DNA from: an uncultured bacterium
Lineage (GTDB): Bacteria > Omnitrophota > Omnitrophia > Omnitrophales > Abzuiibacteriaceae
Direction: 5' to 3'
Length of the DNA stretch: 64,000 nucleotides
Assembly: GCA_964387845.1 (NCBI GenBank)
Contig: CAYLXA010000001.1
Span: forward strand, 320,001 to 384,000
The translations under genes and the position numbers were made by a program. Below the pieces are notes generated by a model. The model was given only the letters and a program-made list of their open reading frames with translations. It made no database searches and had not been told where the DNA came from. Shown piece after piece: positions 17,911 to 28,898 of the stretch (positions are counted from its first letter, which is position 1; each line of letters begins with the position of its first letter).

Positions 17911-18831
17911 GAGTTTACCGATACTTTCTTTCACATGCGCAACCGACTTTTGAAGCGCTGCTTGATCAGCGGCAGAAATTTTAAGCTCGATCACTTTTCG
18001 GACGCCGCTTTTATCCAAACTCACCGGAACACCGCAATAAGTACCGGAAATTCCGTATTCACCGTTCAAAAGTACGCAGCACGGCAAAATTCGGCCTGAG
18101 TCATTCAAAATTGCTTCGACCATTGCAACTGCCGAACTTGACGGCGCATAATACGCGCTGCCTGTTTTAAGCAAATTCACAATTTCGATTCCGCCGTCGC
18201 GCGTGCGCTGATTAATTGCATCGATTCTTTCTTTCTTGATGAGCTGTGTAATCGGAACGCCGTTCACGGTCGAGAAATCAGGGACCGGAACCATCGAATC
18301 GCCGTGGCCGCCCAACACCATCGCGCGAACGTCTTTCGGTGATACTTTGAGTTCTTCGGCAATAAAATACGCATAACGCGAGGAATCCAGAACGCCCGCC
18401 ATACCGATCACGCGCTTTGAATCAAACCCTGATTTCTTCCACGCCAGATAAGCCATGACATCCAGCGGGTTTGTGACAATAACGAGAATTGCTTTTGGAG
18501 AATATTTGACAATTTCGGTGACGATACCGCCCACGATTTCGGCGTTTTTGGCCTGCAAATCATCACGGCTCATGCCGGGCTTTCGGGCGAGGCCTGCTGT
18601 GATCACAACGACGTCAGAATCTTTTGTATCAGCGTAGGAATTGGTGCCGACGATTTTGGTATCGAATTGCTCGAATGAGGAAGATTCCATCATATCAAGC
18701 GCTTTTCCCTGCGGCATTCCTTCAACCACATCGACTAAAACGACATCCGCCAATTCTTTTTCAAGGATTCTTTGAGCGCAAGTGGCTCCGACGAAACCTG
18801 CTCCGACTACGGTCACTTTTGAACGATTCAT
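17902..18831 (-). CDS. mdh: Malate dehydrogenase (LDH-like NAD-dependent type).
   Basis: KVTVVGAGFVGATCA Rossmann N-terminus, 309 aa, TNPLDVMAY block. Confidence 0.85.
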   Translation of the reverse strand: MNRSKVTVVGAGFVGATCAQRILEKELADVVLVDVVEGMPQGKALDMMESSSFEQFDTKIVGTNSYADTKDSDVVVITAGLARKPGMSRDDLQAKNAEIVGGIVTEIVKYSPKAILVIVTNPLDVMAYLAWKKSGFDSKRVIGMAGVLDSSRYAYFIAEELKVSPKDVRAMVLGGHGDSMVPVPDFSTVNGVPITQLIKKERIDAINQRTRDGGIEIVNLLKTGSAYYAPSSSAVAMVEAILNDSGRILPCCVLLNGEYGISGTYCGVPVSLDKSGVRKVIELKISAADQAALQKSVAHVKESIGKLQL

Positions 18832-18950
18832 ATAGACTCCAAGCTTAAAAGATGAGAAGAAACGCGTAAGCCAATATTATCTGTTATTTTGAAAAACATG
18901 CAAGAAGTTTTAGGTGTAGTAATTACGAGAAACAAAAGCAGAAATACAAA

Positions 18951-20150
18951 TTAACGGCCGGCGGCGAGAAGTAAATATCTTTGAAGATCGATCGGGTGCT
19001 GGCTGATGAGATTGTCCCACTGGCGGTGCGCGATTTCAAACTGTGCGCGGGCATCTTTCATTTTCTGGTGCGCCATTTCGTGAAAATCGTGCGAACGTTT
19101 ATCCCACTCATTGCGAATTACTTTTTGATATTCCATCGCGGCGCGCTCCCAAGTCACCAAACTGTGACGCAAATCTTCATAACGCTGCCGGAACACTTCG
19201 AAAACCGGCACCAACCCGTGATGATGCTCCGCGGTTTTTAAAAGATCGTGGGTTCTCTGATGTTCCGCCGCCAAACGCGCATGCAAAATCTGAAACCGAG
19301 AAACCGTTCTTAAATCATGCGTCAGCCCGACACGGCTTAAAAACGCGATCACCCATTTGCTCGGATCCCATTGATACCAACGAACGCCGTTGCGGTAATC
19401 CGACGGAAAACGGTGATGAAAATTGTGATAGCCTTCTCCGTAAGTCATCATCGCCACAAACCAATGGTCCTTCGCGGTTGCGTAAATATCGTACGTCGCC
19501 TTTCCGAACATGTGGCAGACAGAATTAATGCAGAACGTTGAATGATAAACAATTGTGATTCTGGCGCAAACCGCGAAAATAAACGCGCCGAGCGCGTGTC
19601 CTGTCATGGCGCCGATTGCAATGGGTAGTAAAATTCCGGATGTAAACGCCCAAAGTAAGAAATATTTGTGCTGATGCATCACGAGCTTGGATTTCTGAAG
19701 GTCTTTGACGTTATCAAAATTGTATTGGTGATGCCAGAAAATCAGCCAGCCGATGTGCGCGTAGAAAAAACCTTTTTTAATGCTGTAAGGGTCGTCATCC
19801 GTGTCCACATATTGATGATGATCGCGGTGCTGAGAAGCCCATTTGAGTGCCGATTGCTCGAAAGCGGCGGAACCAAAGAAGAGAAGTAAAAACTGAATAA
19901 TCGGATTTGCTTTGTAAGTCACATGGGCGAAAAGCCGGTGATAGCCAACCGTAATGCCTAAACCGCTGACCACCATATAAAAGGCAAACAGCCAAATTTC
20001 GGGCGCTGAAATACCATACTTATAGATGTAAATCGGTGCACCAATTAAGGTTACAAGCATCGTAATGGCGAAGAATATAATATTCTCCCAGACGTAACCC
20101 TTGGTGAGTTTGGCTTTCGGTGTCTCTTGCTTCATAGGATAAGTAGCCAT
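18951..20150 (-). CDS. Acyl-CoA (delta-9-type) fatty-acid desaturase, membrane-bound.
   Basis: Three histidine boxes (HRLFAH, HRDHHQY, HNFHHRF) and four TM segments. Confidence 0.8.
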   Translation of the reverse strand: MATYPMKQETPKAKLTKGYVWENIIFFAITMLVTLIGAPIYIYKYGISAPEIWLFAFYMVVSGLGITVGYHRLFAHVTYKANPIIQFLLLFFGSAAFEQSALKWASQHRDHHQYVDTDDDPYSIKKGFFYAHIGWLIFWHHQYNFDNVKDLQKSKLVMHQHKYFLLWAFTSGILLPIAIGAMTGHALGAFIFAVCARITIVYHSTFCINSVCHMFGKATYDIYATAKDHWFVAMMTYGEGYHNFHHRFPSDYRNGVRWYQWDPSKWVIAFLSRVGLTHDLRTVSRFQILHARLAAEHQRTHDLLKTAEHHHGLVPVFEVFRQRYEDLRHSLVTWERAAMEYQKVIRNEWDKRSHDFHEMAHQKMKDARAQFEIAHRQWDNLISQHPIDLQRYLLLAAGR

Positions 20151-20202
20151 ATTATCCAGTTTATCGGTCAGGATTGCAAGTTTTTTAGAAAAAAGACGGT
20201 TT

Positions 20203-22938
20203 TTAACCTGTGCTTTTCATGCCAAAAGCAATGCCATTTAGGGCTAATAAAAGCACGTCTTTTATCTGATTCTGGCGGACAGCACTTTGGTTTGTGCTCT
20301 TTTTTGATTCTTCTAAAAACCGGACTTGAAGAAAATTCAAGGGATCAACGTACGGATTCCGCAAACGAATTGACTCTTTGAGAACCGGATGAAACCCCAA
20401 TAAGTCGTCTTGCCCGGTAATTTCAAGAATTTGATCACAGCTCCGCGCATACTCTTCTTTGATCCGGCCGAAAATCTCAGACCGCACGGCCTCGGAATCC
20501 ACCAAAGCAGAATACCGTTCGGCAATATACATATCCGCTTTTGCGAGAGATACGCGCGCATTGTCAATCAACATATGAAAAAAGGGCCATTTTTGGTACA
20601 TTTCGCGAAGTTCGGCCAAACCTTTTTTGCCTGACTGCTTGATCTCCGCTTCAAGTGCATAGCCGATCCCATACCAGGCCGGTAAAATAAACCTCGACTG
20701 AACCCAGCTGAATACCCACGGAATCGCGCGCAGATCTTGAAATTCCCGCGAACGCTTGCGCGATGCCGGCCGTGAGCCGATCTGCGCAATCCCAAAAAGC
20801 TGAATAGGTGTTGCGGAATAAAAGAATTCTTTAAAACCGGGCGAATCAAAAACCAAATCGCGATAAAATCTGAGCGATGTTTGGCATAGTTCTTCCATCT
20901 TTTTCTCCCATTCGGCAATTTTACGGCTTCTTGCCCATTCATGCTTGCCGACTAAATTGGTCCAAATGACGGCAGTCGCCAGCTGCTCCAAATTTCTTTG
21001 CGCAATCATCAGGTTGGCATACTTCTGCGAAACGACTTCGCCCTGCTCCGTAATCCTGATCTTTCCGCCCACCGCCGCATACGGCTGCGCCAAAATGGCT
21101 TTATGCGACTGTCCGCCTCCGCGGTCGATGGTGCCGCCTTTGCCGTGGAAAAACCGGACGGCGACATTAAATTTCTCGGCCATTTCGACCATCCGCTTCT
21201 GTGCAAGGTACAACTTCCAATTCGCCGCAAAATATCCGCCGTCTTTGTTGCTATCCGAATAGCCGAACATGATTTCCTGCAAATTGCCTTGGCTTTGCAC
21301 ATAGGAACGGTAAAGCGGAAGTGAAAAAAGTTTTTGCATAATCAAATGAGCTTCTGCTAGCGATTCGATTTTTTCAAAAAGCGGCACAATCGCCAGACAG
21401 CTTTCAACGACTTTTTTGCCTTTAACTTTGATTAAGCCCGCACGAACCGCCAAATACATAAACCCAAGAATATCTTCGGGCTTTTCAGCCATGCTTAATA
21501 AATAATTCTTCACATAAGAGCGGCCCATTTTTTCCTGAATTTCTTTGATGAGCTCAAGCTGCCGGATGATATCTTTGGATTCGGCGGATAGCCGGCGCGC
21601 TTTTTTAAACTGCGCGTTTTTCTTCGTGATTGCGCCAATCAATTGCCCGGCGGTTGGTTCAAATCCGAAAAGCTCCTTGACCGCATGCATGATTTTCCGG
21701 CTGTCGTCCCGGAAATCCAAAGCGGCCAAATGAAAACCGAATACGCGCACCTGGCAAATTAAATTTTCTAAATCACCCGCCACCGCAAACCGGCCTTTGT
21801 TCTTCTGCAGACTTTCTTGAATAATCAAAAGATCCGCCAAGAATTCATCCGGCGATTGATACTGAACGGATTTTTGCTGATACGTGTTTGAAAGTTTTCG
21901 GTGAATAAAAGAAAGTTTTTTTCGATAGAGTTCGCTCGACTCATATTTGTCGAGTTCGGAAGCCAACTTGGGCATCAAGCGGCGGTCGTTGGCAAGCGAA
22001 GCCAAAAAGGAACGCCCGGCGCCGATCATTTGGTCTGATTGGCTGAATTTCAGCATCAGCGCTTCGCAAGCGTTCAGGTAGAGCGTAAAAATAAGCTCTC
22101 GGTGGCGCCTTGCGGTTTCTTCGGTCACCTGGCAAGTCACATTGGGATTACCGTCGCGGTCGGCACCGACCCAGGAGCCAAAACGCACCAGCGGCAAATC
22201 GCTGATTTTTCCCGTTGATTCATAAAATTCATCATGACTTTTTTGAACGATTCGATGAAAAGCCGGAATCAGGGGGAAAATGGTTTTCTCAAAGAAAAAG
22301 AGAGTTTGGTCCACTTCATCCAAAACCGAAACTTTTTTCGTGCGGGTTGGTTTTGTCTGCCATAAAATTTCGAGCAATTCCTTGATCTTTAATGTATGAG
22401 TTTCCTTTTCGAAATTGGTAGCGTCCGGGTGATTGATTTGAGACAAGCTCGACGCGATTTCTAGAATATGGCTCAGAATGGTCCGCCGTTTGACTTCGGT
22501 CGGGTGCGCCGTTAAAACCAATTCGATATCCAAGCGATTGACAAGCCGGCTGACTTTTCGCTCGGAAATTTTTCGCTTAGACAAATCATGAAATAGTTTC
22601 CGGACCGACATATGCTGCAGCTGATTGTGCTTATCATATGCGCGTAGGCGGCGGATTCTTTCTGCTTCTTCGGCGATATTCGCGAGCTGAAAATAAATGG
22701 TGAATGCGCGCGCGATTTTGTACGCTTCCGGCACACTGAGTGATTGAATCAGCCGCCTTTTTTTGGCAATGAACGCCGGCGCATGGCTCTTCCGGATTTG
22801 CTTCGCAAAATGCCGGATTTTCTCGATCTTATTTAATAACGCAACCCCCTCCTGATCCCGGATCACATCGCCCAGAATTTTTCCGAGAAACCGGACATCC
22901 TGCCGCAATAGACTGTTTGACATGTTTTTATTTCTCAT
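20203..22938 (-). CDS. ppc: Phosphoenolpyruvate carboxylase.
   Basis: 911 aa, with LVLTAHPTEVKRRT and the C-terminal …FHGKGGTIDRGGG / GYSDSNKDGG blocks. Confidence 0.9.
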   Translation of the reverse strand: MRNKNMSNSLLRQDVRFLGKILGDVIRDQEGVALLNKIEKIRHFAKQIRKSHAPAFIAKKRRLIQSLSVPEAYKIARAFTIYFQLANIAEEAERIRRLRAYDKHNQLQHMSVRKLFHDLSKRKISERKVSRLVNRLDIELVLTAHPTEVKRRTILSHILEIASSLSQINHPDATNFEKETHTLKIKELLEILWQTKPTRTKKVSVLDEVDQTLFFFEKTIFPLIPAFHRIVQKSHDEFYESTGKISDLPLVRFGSWVGADRDGNPNVTCQVTEETARRHRELIFTLYLNACEALMLKFSQSDQMIGAGRSFLASLANDRRLMPKLASELDKYESSELYRKKLSFIHRKLSNTYQQKSVQYQSPDEFLADLLIIQESLQKNKGRFAVAGDLENLICQVRVFGFHLAALDFRDDSRKIMHAVKELFGFEPTAGQLIGAITKKNAQFKKARRLSAESKDIIRQLELIKEIQEKMGRSYVKNYLLSMAEKPEDILGFMYLAVRAGLIKVKGKKVVESCLAIVPLFEKIESLAEAHLIMQKLFSLPLYRSYVQSQGNLQEIMFGYSDSNKDGGYFAANWKLYLAQKRMVEMAEKFNVAVRFFHGKGGTIDRGGGQSHKAILAQPYAAVGGKIRITEQGEVVSQKYANLMIAQRNLEQLATAVIWTNLVGKHEWARSRKIAEWEKKMEELCQTSLRFYRDLVFDSPGFKEFFYSATPIQLFGIAQIGSRPASRKRSREFQDLRAIPWVFSWVQSRFILPAWYGIGYALEAEIKQSGKKGLAELREMYQKWPFFHMLIDNARVSLAKADMYIAERYSALVDSEAVRSEIFGRIKEEYARSCDQILEITGQDDLLGFHPVLKESIRLRNPYVDPLNFLQVRFLEESKKSTNQSAVRQNQIKDVLLLALNGIAFGMKSTG

Positions 22939-24035
22939 AGATTAATCTTTGAACTTGGCTTGATTGAACGAATAAACAAAATGAAGATCGTCACGACTGT
23001 AATGGGTATTATAAATGCAAACATGATAGAACTAAAGATCGGCAGAGCGTCGTGTTGTGTCGATTGAAAAAGCAAATAACAAACATACGACACATAATAG
23101 CCGAAGAAAAGAGTCCCTTCCCATCTGGCAATCAAATGACCCGTAAAAAAAATGGGAAAGCAAGCAACAGATACTGCCACCATGACAGGTATGTCAAAAT
23201 TAAGCGCTGCTTTCGAAACTTGAATCCCCTCCGGAGCGAGCACAGCGGTTAAACCCACGACGGCAAGGATGTTATAAATATTCGAACCAACGATATTTCC
23301 TACCGCGATGTCACGCTCACCCCGCAATGTAGCAACAATAGATGTAGCGATTTCAGGCAAGCCGGTGCCAATCGCGACAACCGTGAGGCCTATCACGAGC
23401 TCGCTGATTCCAAAAAGTCTGGCAATCTGAACCGAACCATCCACAAACCATTTCGCCCCTAAAATTACGGCCAACAAACTTACAGCAATCCAGAGCAGCT
23501 TGGAAAAAATTATGGCTTTCTTGCTGTGGCTTGATGCTCTTTTTCCAAATTCCTTTTCATATTCCTCTTTGACTTGCCCAGCTTCTTTCTTGCTCATTTT
23601 TACGACAAACCAGGTATACAAAAAGATACCAGAAATCAGCAAAATACCGTCGAAACGGCCGATCGTTCCGTCCCATGCGGCAGCAAACAAAACACAAGAC
23701 ACCAGAATCATAACGGGAACATCCCAGCGCACAATCTGCTGAGCTACAAATAACGGAGCAATCATGGCGCAAGTCCCTAGAATTAGCAGCACATTCGATA
23801 TATTGCTTCCCACTACATTGCCGAGCGAAATATCAGATTGGCCGGAAAACCCGGTTTGAAGGCTCACAATGAGTTCGGGTGTGCTAGTTCCGTAAGCAAC
23901 CACCGTTAAACCAACCAACAAAGGCGAGATTCCCAATCGAACGGCAAGTTGCGATGAATGACGAACCAAAAGCTCAGCCCCTACAATGAGCAATCCAAGT
24001 CCGCCGCTTAAATAAAACCATGTTACGGCATTCAT
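22935..24035 (-). CDS. Sodium/calcium exchanger (CaCA family, YrbG-like).
   Basis: Two alpha-repeat motifs (GTSTPELIVSL… and GTGLPEIATSI) and about 10 TM helices. Confidence 0.7.
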   Translation of the reverse strand: MNAVTWFYLSGGLGLLIVGAELLVRHSSQLAVRLGISPLLVGLTVVAYGTSTPELIVSLQTGFSGQSDISLGNVVGSNISNVLLILGTCAMIAPLFVAQQIVRWDVPVMILVSCVLFAAAWDGTIGRFDGILLISGIFLYTWFVVKMSKKEAGQVKEEYEKEFGKRASSHSKKAIIFSKLLWIAVSLLAVILGAKWFVDGSVQIARLFGISELVIGLTVVAIGTGLPEIATSIVATLRGERDIAVGNIVGSNIYNILAVVGLTAVLAPEGIQVSKAALNFDIPVMVAVSVACFPIFFTGHLIARWEGTLFFGYYVSYVCYLLFQSTQHDALPIFSSIMFAFIIPITVVTIFILFIRSIKPSSKINL

Positions 24036-24038
24036 TAT

Positions 24039-25157
24039 TTATTTGCTCAATTTCGCGGCGGGAGGAGAAGAAGAAAGCCAGATAACAGCCGCAATGAAGA
24101 ACCCGGTCAAGAGCAAATTCAAGGCAAGGCTCATGCCGGCCAGTGCAATGGCAGAGCCGCTAATCCCGTAGCTTAAAGCAACCAATAAAACACCTGCACC
24201 GACTTCGCCGCGAGGGAACATCGCAACGCTTACCGCGATTCGCTCGCGGAGAGTTGCTTCTTTGCCGTAACAAAATATCGGAAAACATTTGCCCACATTT
24301 GAGAGCACCGTTAAAAGCAGGACATGGATCACGGCCATTCCGATTGTGATTTCTCCAAGCTGAACTTTGGGAAGCGAACACCCGACCAAAAACATGAAAC
24401 CCGCTTTAATCGTCGGATCCACCATCGATTCTATTTGCTGAGGCAAAGTTTGGCGCGAAGCAGCTTGCGGCGCATGATGATGGCCTGCATGAGGATGATA
24501 CAAAACACAACCCAGCACGAATGCCGGCAAAAGCACCTCAAGATGAACTCCGGCTACAATTTCTACAAGAGAGCAAATGGCTACTATAATGATCGAATAC
24601 AACAAAATCCAAAGATTGCCCACCGGGAATTTCAAACTATGCAAATACCGGTAAGCCAGAACCAAAAGAATGACAATAACGACTATGATCGCACCGAGTT
24701 CGGGTTTTGCGCCGACAATCATGATTTTCAGCGGAATCATTAACAAAATAGTATCTAAGTCATCAAAAATTGCCAATATTCGGACTTTTCGGAAGATCCA
24801 AGTCGCACCAAGACCTGCAGCTAATAACATCGTAAACAAAACGCCGGCTGAAGTTGGTGCCGCAAAACGCCCCGCCAGTAGAGATTCTTGCCAATCCATT
24901 CCAAAAATATATACAAAATATGCCGCGCAAAAAATCCATGGAAAAGCAGCGGCCGTGGCGGCAACCAAATAATCTGTGGCGTAGGATTTGAGATTATTTT
25001 TATCAATTGTAAATTCAAGCCCTACTTGAATCATGATGTAGGCCAGACAGGTCATCGTTACCGCGTATAACAGCCCCTGAACTTTGGCCAAATCAAGGAA
25101 TTGAGATATGCCCATCCCTAATACAAGTAATAGGCTGAAAATAAAAACTTTCTTCAT
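24039..25157 (-). CDS. Cation:proton antiporter family membrane protein.
   Basis: About 12 TM helices and CPA-like blocks. Family assignment is tentative. Confidence 0.45.
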   Translation of the reverse strand: MKKVFIFSLLLVLGMGISQFLDLAKVQGLLYAVTMTCLAYIMIQVGLEFTIDKNNLKSYATDYLVAATAAAFPWIFCAAYFVYIFGMDWQESLLAGRFAAPTSAGVLFTMLLAAGLGATWIFRKVRILAIFDDLDTILLMIPLKIMIVGAKPELGAIIVVIVILLVLAYRYLHSLKFPVGNLWILLYSIIIVAICSLVEIVAGVHLEVLLPAFVLGCVLYHPHAGHHHAPQAASRQTLPQQIESMVDPTIKAGFMFLVGCSLPKVQLGEITIGMAVIHVLLLTVLSNVGKCFPIFCYGKEATLRERIAVSVAMFPRGEVGAGVLLVALSYGISGSAIALAGMSLALNLLLTGFFIAAVIWLSSSPPAAKLSK

Positions 25158-25253
25158 TGTTACCCTGTCATGATTTTTAGATTACCACGGCACAAGCCGC
25201 ACAATTTATCAAATGCGCGGCGCGTCGTTACTAAAGCAAGCTTCTCAAAAAAT

Positions 25254-27038
25254 CTACGAACGAACTTTATGATAGCGGCTTCTTAATAGCAAGAGAAAAG
25301 CAACATCTGCCGCTACCACGGCGGAAACATACCCCACACCACCGCCGCCAAAACCATAACTATGAAGCCCGGCCGCTAAGACAAAATTCACGCCGTACCA
25401 GGCCATGATCACCGTCAAAAAGCAGACCGCGCACCAAAACGCGGTCGCGAATGAATCCAGCCAGCCGGCAGTTCGCCCATGCATAACCGCCAAATACGCA
25501 AGTAACGCAATCAAAGCCCAGGTTTCCTTCGGATCCCAGCCCCAAAACCGGCCCCATGAATAATTCGCCCAAACGCCGCCCAGGATTGTTCCGGCAGCGA
25601 GCAAAATAAGCCCAATTTGAAGCGAACGATAAAGAAAAGTAATAAGCTCATCTAACGTTTTATTATTTTTTTTCTTAAAAGCATAGTGAAACACAACCAC
25701 ATGCGCGACACCCCAATTGAGCAAAAACGCACCATAGCCGAGCGTAATCGTCAGCACATGAACTGTGAGCCAAAAATTGCTGCGCAAAACGGGAACCAAA
25801 GGCGAAATCGACTGGTCCAAAACCGCCGGTAAATTTTCGCTGATCAAGAGCGCCAGAATGGATACGGACGCTGCGATCATCGGAATCAAATAGGACCTGT
25901 AAAAAGCAAAAAGAATGAGCGAGAAAAGCACAACACTCCACGACACCCAAATGACTGACTCATACATGTTCGTCACGGGCGGACGCCCGGCGATTAAACA
26001 ACGCAGCACAAAACCCAACGTATGAACCGCAAAAGCCGCGGTAAAAAATGAGAAAGCGATTTTATTGGCGCGTTTTTTATTTCTCAGTGTCAGCCAGATC
26101 AGAAGGCTGCCTAAATAAATTGCCCATGCCGTATGAAACGGGCGAAATTTGAGATAGAAAAGCTCGTAATGAATCAACGTCCGGTCGATGATGATGTCGC
26201 GCGATTCCAGTAATTTTGTAAGCGCATTGGCGAAAAATGAAGCAGATACGCCGGCCATTTCGATTTTTTCATCCCGCAAGCGGCCGAGGAGAAATGAAAG
26301 TGAGTTACTCGCTTCCTTCACATTCGCCGCGGGATACATGGTTTCCAAAATGGAAATACCGTGATCGCTCGCAAGCCCCTCAAGCGGAACCCACCCCGCC
26401 TGTGGATCATCGGGATGCGGAATAAAGCCCGGCATTTCTCCGCGCCCGATAGCCTGAAACAGACGCGCTCTGCTTCCGAGTTCAATCATTGCCTTTTCGT
26501 ATTCGTTTAGTTTTTCTTTTCTGTCCTGCTTAGCCCTTACTTCACCTGTTCTTGCCGTAAAATTCAAATCGGCGAGAACAAGAGAAGGTGCGATTCTATT
26601 GTTTTCCAGATCCGCGGAGAAATCCTTTCGTAACTCGGGATTTGAAACAGGTAAAATAGCCTTCGCGCTCCAAATATCGGGGGCCGCAATCCATCGCCAC
26701 ACCAGTTCGGTTGGCTCCATTTTTTGAAAATGTGTTTTGCCGGTCATATAGAGGACGATTTCTTTCGCGAAACTCTCAAACGGCTTGACGCGGCCGCCCT
26801 GCTGAACCGGAATTCCACCCAAAACTTCGTGCGCATTACCTTCGGATTGATTGGCAAAGGATTGGGGCGAGAAAAACATCGCCAAGAGAATGACTAAAGA
26901 AAGACTGACAATAAATTTACAATACACCCCCTCACCCTTTCCCTCTCCCTGAGGGAGAGGGGAATTGTTTAACTCACTCCCTCTCCCGCTTGCGGGAGAG
27001 GGCTGGGGTGAGGGTTGATTATTTAGAAATTGTCTCAT
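25254..27038 (-). CDS. ccsA: Cytochrome c biogenesis protein CcsA (System II haem lyase subunit) with an N-terminal extension of about 280 aa.
   Basis: The C-terminal WWD domain (WGRFWGWDPKETWALIALLAY) and conserved His are present. The first ~37 codons of the track ORF are encoded by the family-1 repeat, so the true start is probably at GTG ~26927 or ATG ~26879. Either gives a signal-peptide-like N-terminus (YCKFIVSLSLVILLAMFFSPQSFA). Confidence 0.7.
   Translation of the reverse strand: MRQFLNNQPSPQPSPASGRGSELNNSPLPQGEGKGEGVYCKFIVSLSLVILLAMFFSPQSFANQSEGNAHEVLGGIPVQQGGRVKPFESFAKEIVLYMTGKTHFQKMEPTELVWRWIAAPDIWSAKAILPVSNPELRKDFSADLENNRIAPSLVLADLNFTARTGEVRAKQDRKEKLNEYEKAMIELGSRARLFQAIGRGEMPGFIPHPDDPQAGWVPLEGLASDHGISILETMYPAANVKEASNSLSFLLGRLRDEKIEMAGVSASFFANALTKLLESRDIIIDRTLIHYELFYLKFRPFHTAWAIYLGSLLIWLTLRNKKRANKIAFSFFTAAFAVHTLGFVLRCLIAGRPPVTNMYESVIWVSWSVVLFSLILFAFYRSYLIPMIAASVSILALLISENLPAVLDQSISPLVPVLRSNFWLTVHVLTITLGYGAFLLNWGVAHVVVFHYAFKKKNNKTLDELITFLYRSLQIGLILLAAGTILGGVWANYSWGRFWGWDPKETWALIALLAYLAVMHGRTAGWLDSFATAFWCAVCFLTVIMAWYGVNFVLAAGLHSYGFGGGGVGYVSAVVAADVAFLLLLRSRYHKVRS
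26927..27013. repeat. Family-1 nested palindromic repeat (two inner ccctctccc-loop-gggagaggg hairpins inside ccctcaccc…gggtgaggg).
   Basis: ccccctcaccctttccctctccctgagggagaggggaattgtttaactcactccctctcccgcttgcgggagagggctggggtgaggg. Confidence 0.8.
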
Positions 27039-28798
27039 TAGATTTTCCTCATTTTGGGGTCACTGGTCTTAAGCGTCGAATATTGTTTTAAATAGAATAA
27101 CAAAATAATTCCGACTATCATCACAATCGAACCCGCATATTTAACCGGGATACCGGGGTCGCGCGCAACTGTAAAGACGGAAATATCCGGCTCGCCGGGC
27201 GTCACTTGATACGCAGATTGATACACTTTGAAACTACGATGAACGAGCGGTTCATTCATCTGAATCAATTGATCGCGGCTGATTCCCTTCGCTACGTCTT
27301 TCAAAGTGACCTGGCTTTTGAAACTGGCGGGCCGGTTGGTGCCGGGATCCGTATCCATTAAAAAATCATTCAATTGAATCGTGAAGCCCAGCGGTTGCGT
27401 CTCAAGCCCATAAACAAAGTGCCAATCATGGCCGCCTAACTGAGTCCGTTCAACCTGGCCCTGCCGAAGCCATAAATTTTGAGATTCATTTCCGTCCGAT
27501 AGTTCGATTTGAATGACGCGAGTTGCGCCTGTGCGCTCTGAAGCGAGAGGAATCGGAGAAAATGAACGTTCTACTTCGGCATGATGATAAAAAGCATCAA
27601 CACTGAATTTAAAATCCATCCATCCGGTTTCAATTTGTTTGCCGATTTCGACAATGCCGTCCGTAAGCAAATCGCCCTTTTTAACTTGATAGCGCGGTAA
27701 ACCGTCCGGATTATAAATGAACCGAAGTTCGTTCTTTGAAGCCGCTTGATCCGCTTGGCCGGCCATTTTCATCGCAATCCGCATTCCGGAAGCGCTTGGC
27801 GCCATGCCATGCACAGTCGGAAAATCGGGAAAATTCGCGAAAATGGTATGCTGTTCGTTCAATCCATCGCCTTCCAAGATCAATTCCACCGCGGGGTTCC
27901 GCCACTCCTTGGAACGGTCAATCAATTTGTTTTGATCTACAATCGCATCACGCAAAATACGGTTGAGCTTAGCGCGGATTTTAGTGCCTTGAAGCGTAAA
28001 TGATTTTGGTTTGTCGGATTCCTTGATCGGAACCTGAATGATTTTACCCGATTTGAGCATAAATTCTAAATGCGCAAATTCATCTCCCGATTTTTTCTTC
28101 GGTTTCTCGATGTCAATCGGTTGGCGCGCAAAATGAATGACGGCGGCACCCATGGCTAGCTGATTTTTTTCGGGATTATCCAAGAAAAGCCAATCGTTGG
28201 TTTGCGCCATCGATCCGGATAGTGAAAATTGAATGGCGGGAGACCCTTTGGCGGATTCTTTGACAGATTCTCCCAAAACCGCTTTCGGGAAATCCTGCAA
28301 AACATGGATCTGAACGGAGCTTTTCGGCTTCAATTCCAATTTCCGGCGCCCGGACCACGGAAACACGCTTGGTTTATAATGCATGACAAAATGTTCTTTC
28401 AAATCGGGAGAGAAAATTTCAAGTATCGGATTCGCCAAAGTCATACGGCTTTCGGAATCGCCTTCCTGAATCGACACCTGCCCTTCAATCCCGAAACGCT
28501 GCGTGATCAAAGAACCAATGAGAATCAAGATGATTCCGAGATGGGTCAAAAGAAAACCGATGTGCTGCTTGCGCCACGGCCAACGGCTGATTGCGGATGC
28601 GGCTAAATTAATCGCCAGTAAAACCAAAACAATCGAAAACCAAGGAGTATAATAAATCAAGCGCTGGGCGGCTTCCGCACCGTGATACGACTCGATGAAG
28701 GTGCCGGCAGCCACAATAATCGCGACAGTTACAATAAGCAGAACCGCGCACCAAAGCGAAGCAAAAAATTTGAATAGGTCGGACAATAGATGATTCAT
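27038..28798 (-). CDS. resB: Cytochrome c biogenesis protein ResB/CcsB (System II).
   Basis: N-terminal TM pair, large periplasmic domain and C-terminal TM. The stop abuts the ccsA track start. Confidence 0.7.
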   Translation of the reverse strand: MNHLLSDLFKFFASLWCAVLLIVTVAIIVAAGTFIESYHGAEAAQRLIYYTPWFSIVLVLLAINLAASAISRWPWRKQHIGFLLTHLGIILILIGSLITQRFGIEGQVSIQEGDSESRMTLANPILEIFSPDLKEHFVMHYKPSVFPWSGRRKLELKPKSSVQIHVLQDFPKAVLGESVKESAKGSPAIQFSLSGSMAQTNDWLFLDNPEKNQLAMGAAVIHFARQPIDIEKPKKKSGDEFAHLEFMLKSGKIIQVPIKESDKPKSFTLQGTKIRAKLNRILRDAIVDQNKLIDRSKEWRNPAVELILEGDGLNEQHTIFANFPDFPTVHGMAPSASGMRIAMKMAGQADQAASKNELRFIYNPDGLPRYQVKKGDLLTDGIVEIGKQIETGWMDFKFSVDAFYHHAEVERSFSPIPLASERTGATRVIQIELSDGNESQNLWLRQGQVERTQLGGHDWHFVYGLETQPLGFTIQLNDFLMDTDPGTNRPASFKSQVTLKDVAKGISRDQLIQMNEPLVHRSFKVYQSAYQVTPGEPDISVFTVARDPGIPVKYAGSIVMIVGIILLFYLKQYSTLKTSDPKMRKI

Positions 28799-28898
28799 AA
28801 CAGTTTAAGATAAGGGGTAATTATACATGATTGGCATAGCACACGTCATTAGAAACCGAAATTAGTTTAAGCGGGAATTAATTAGACTGATTGAAGAA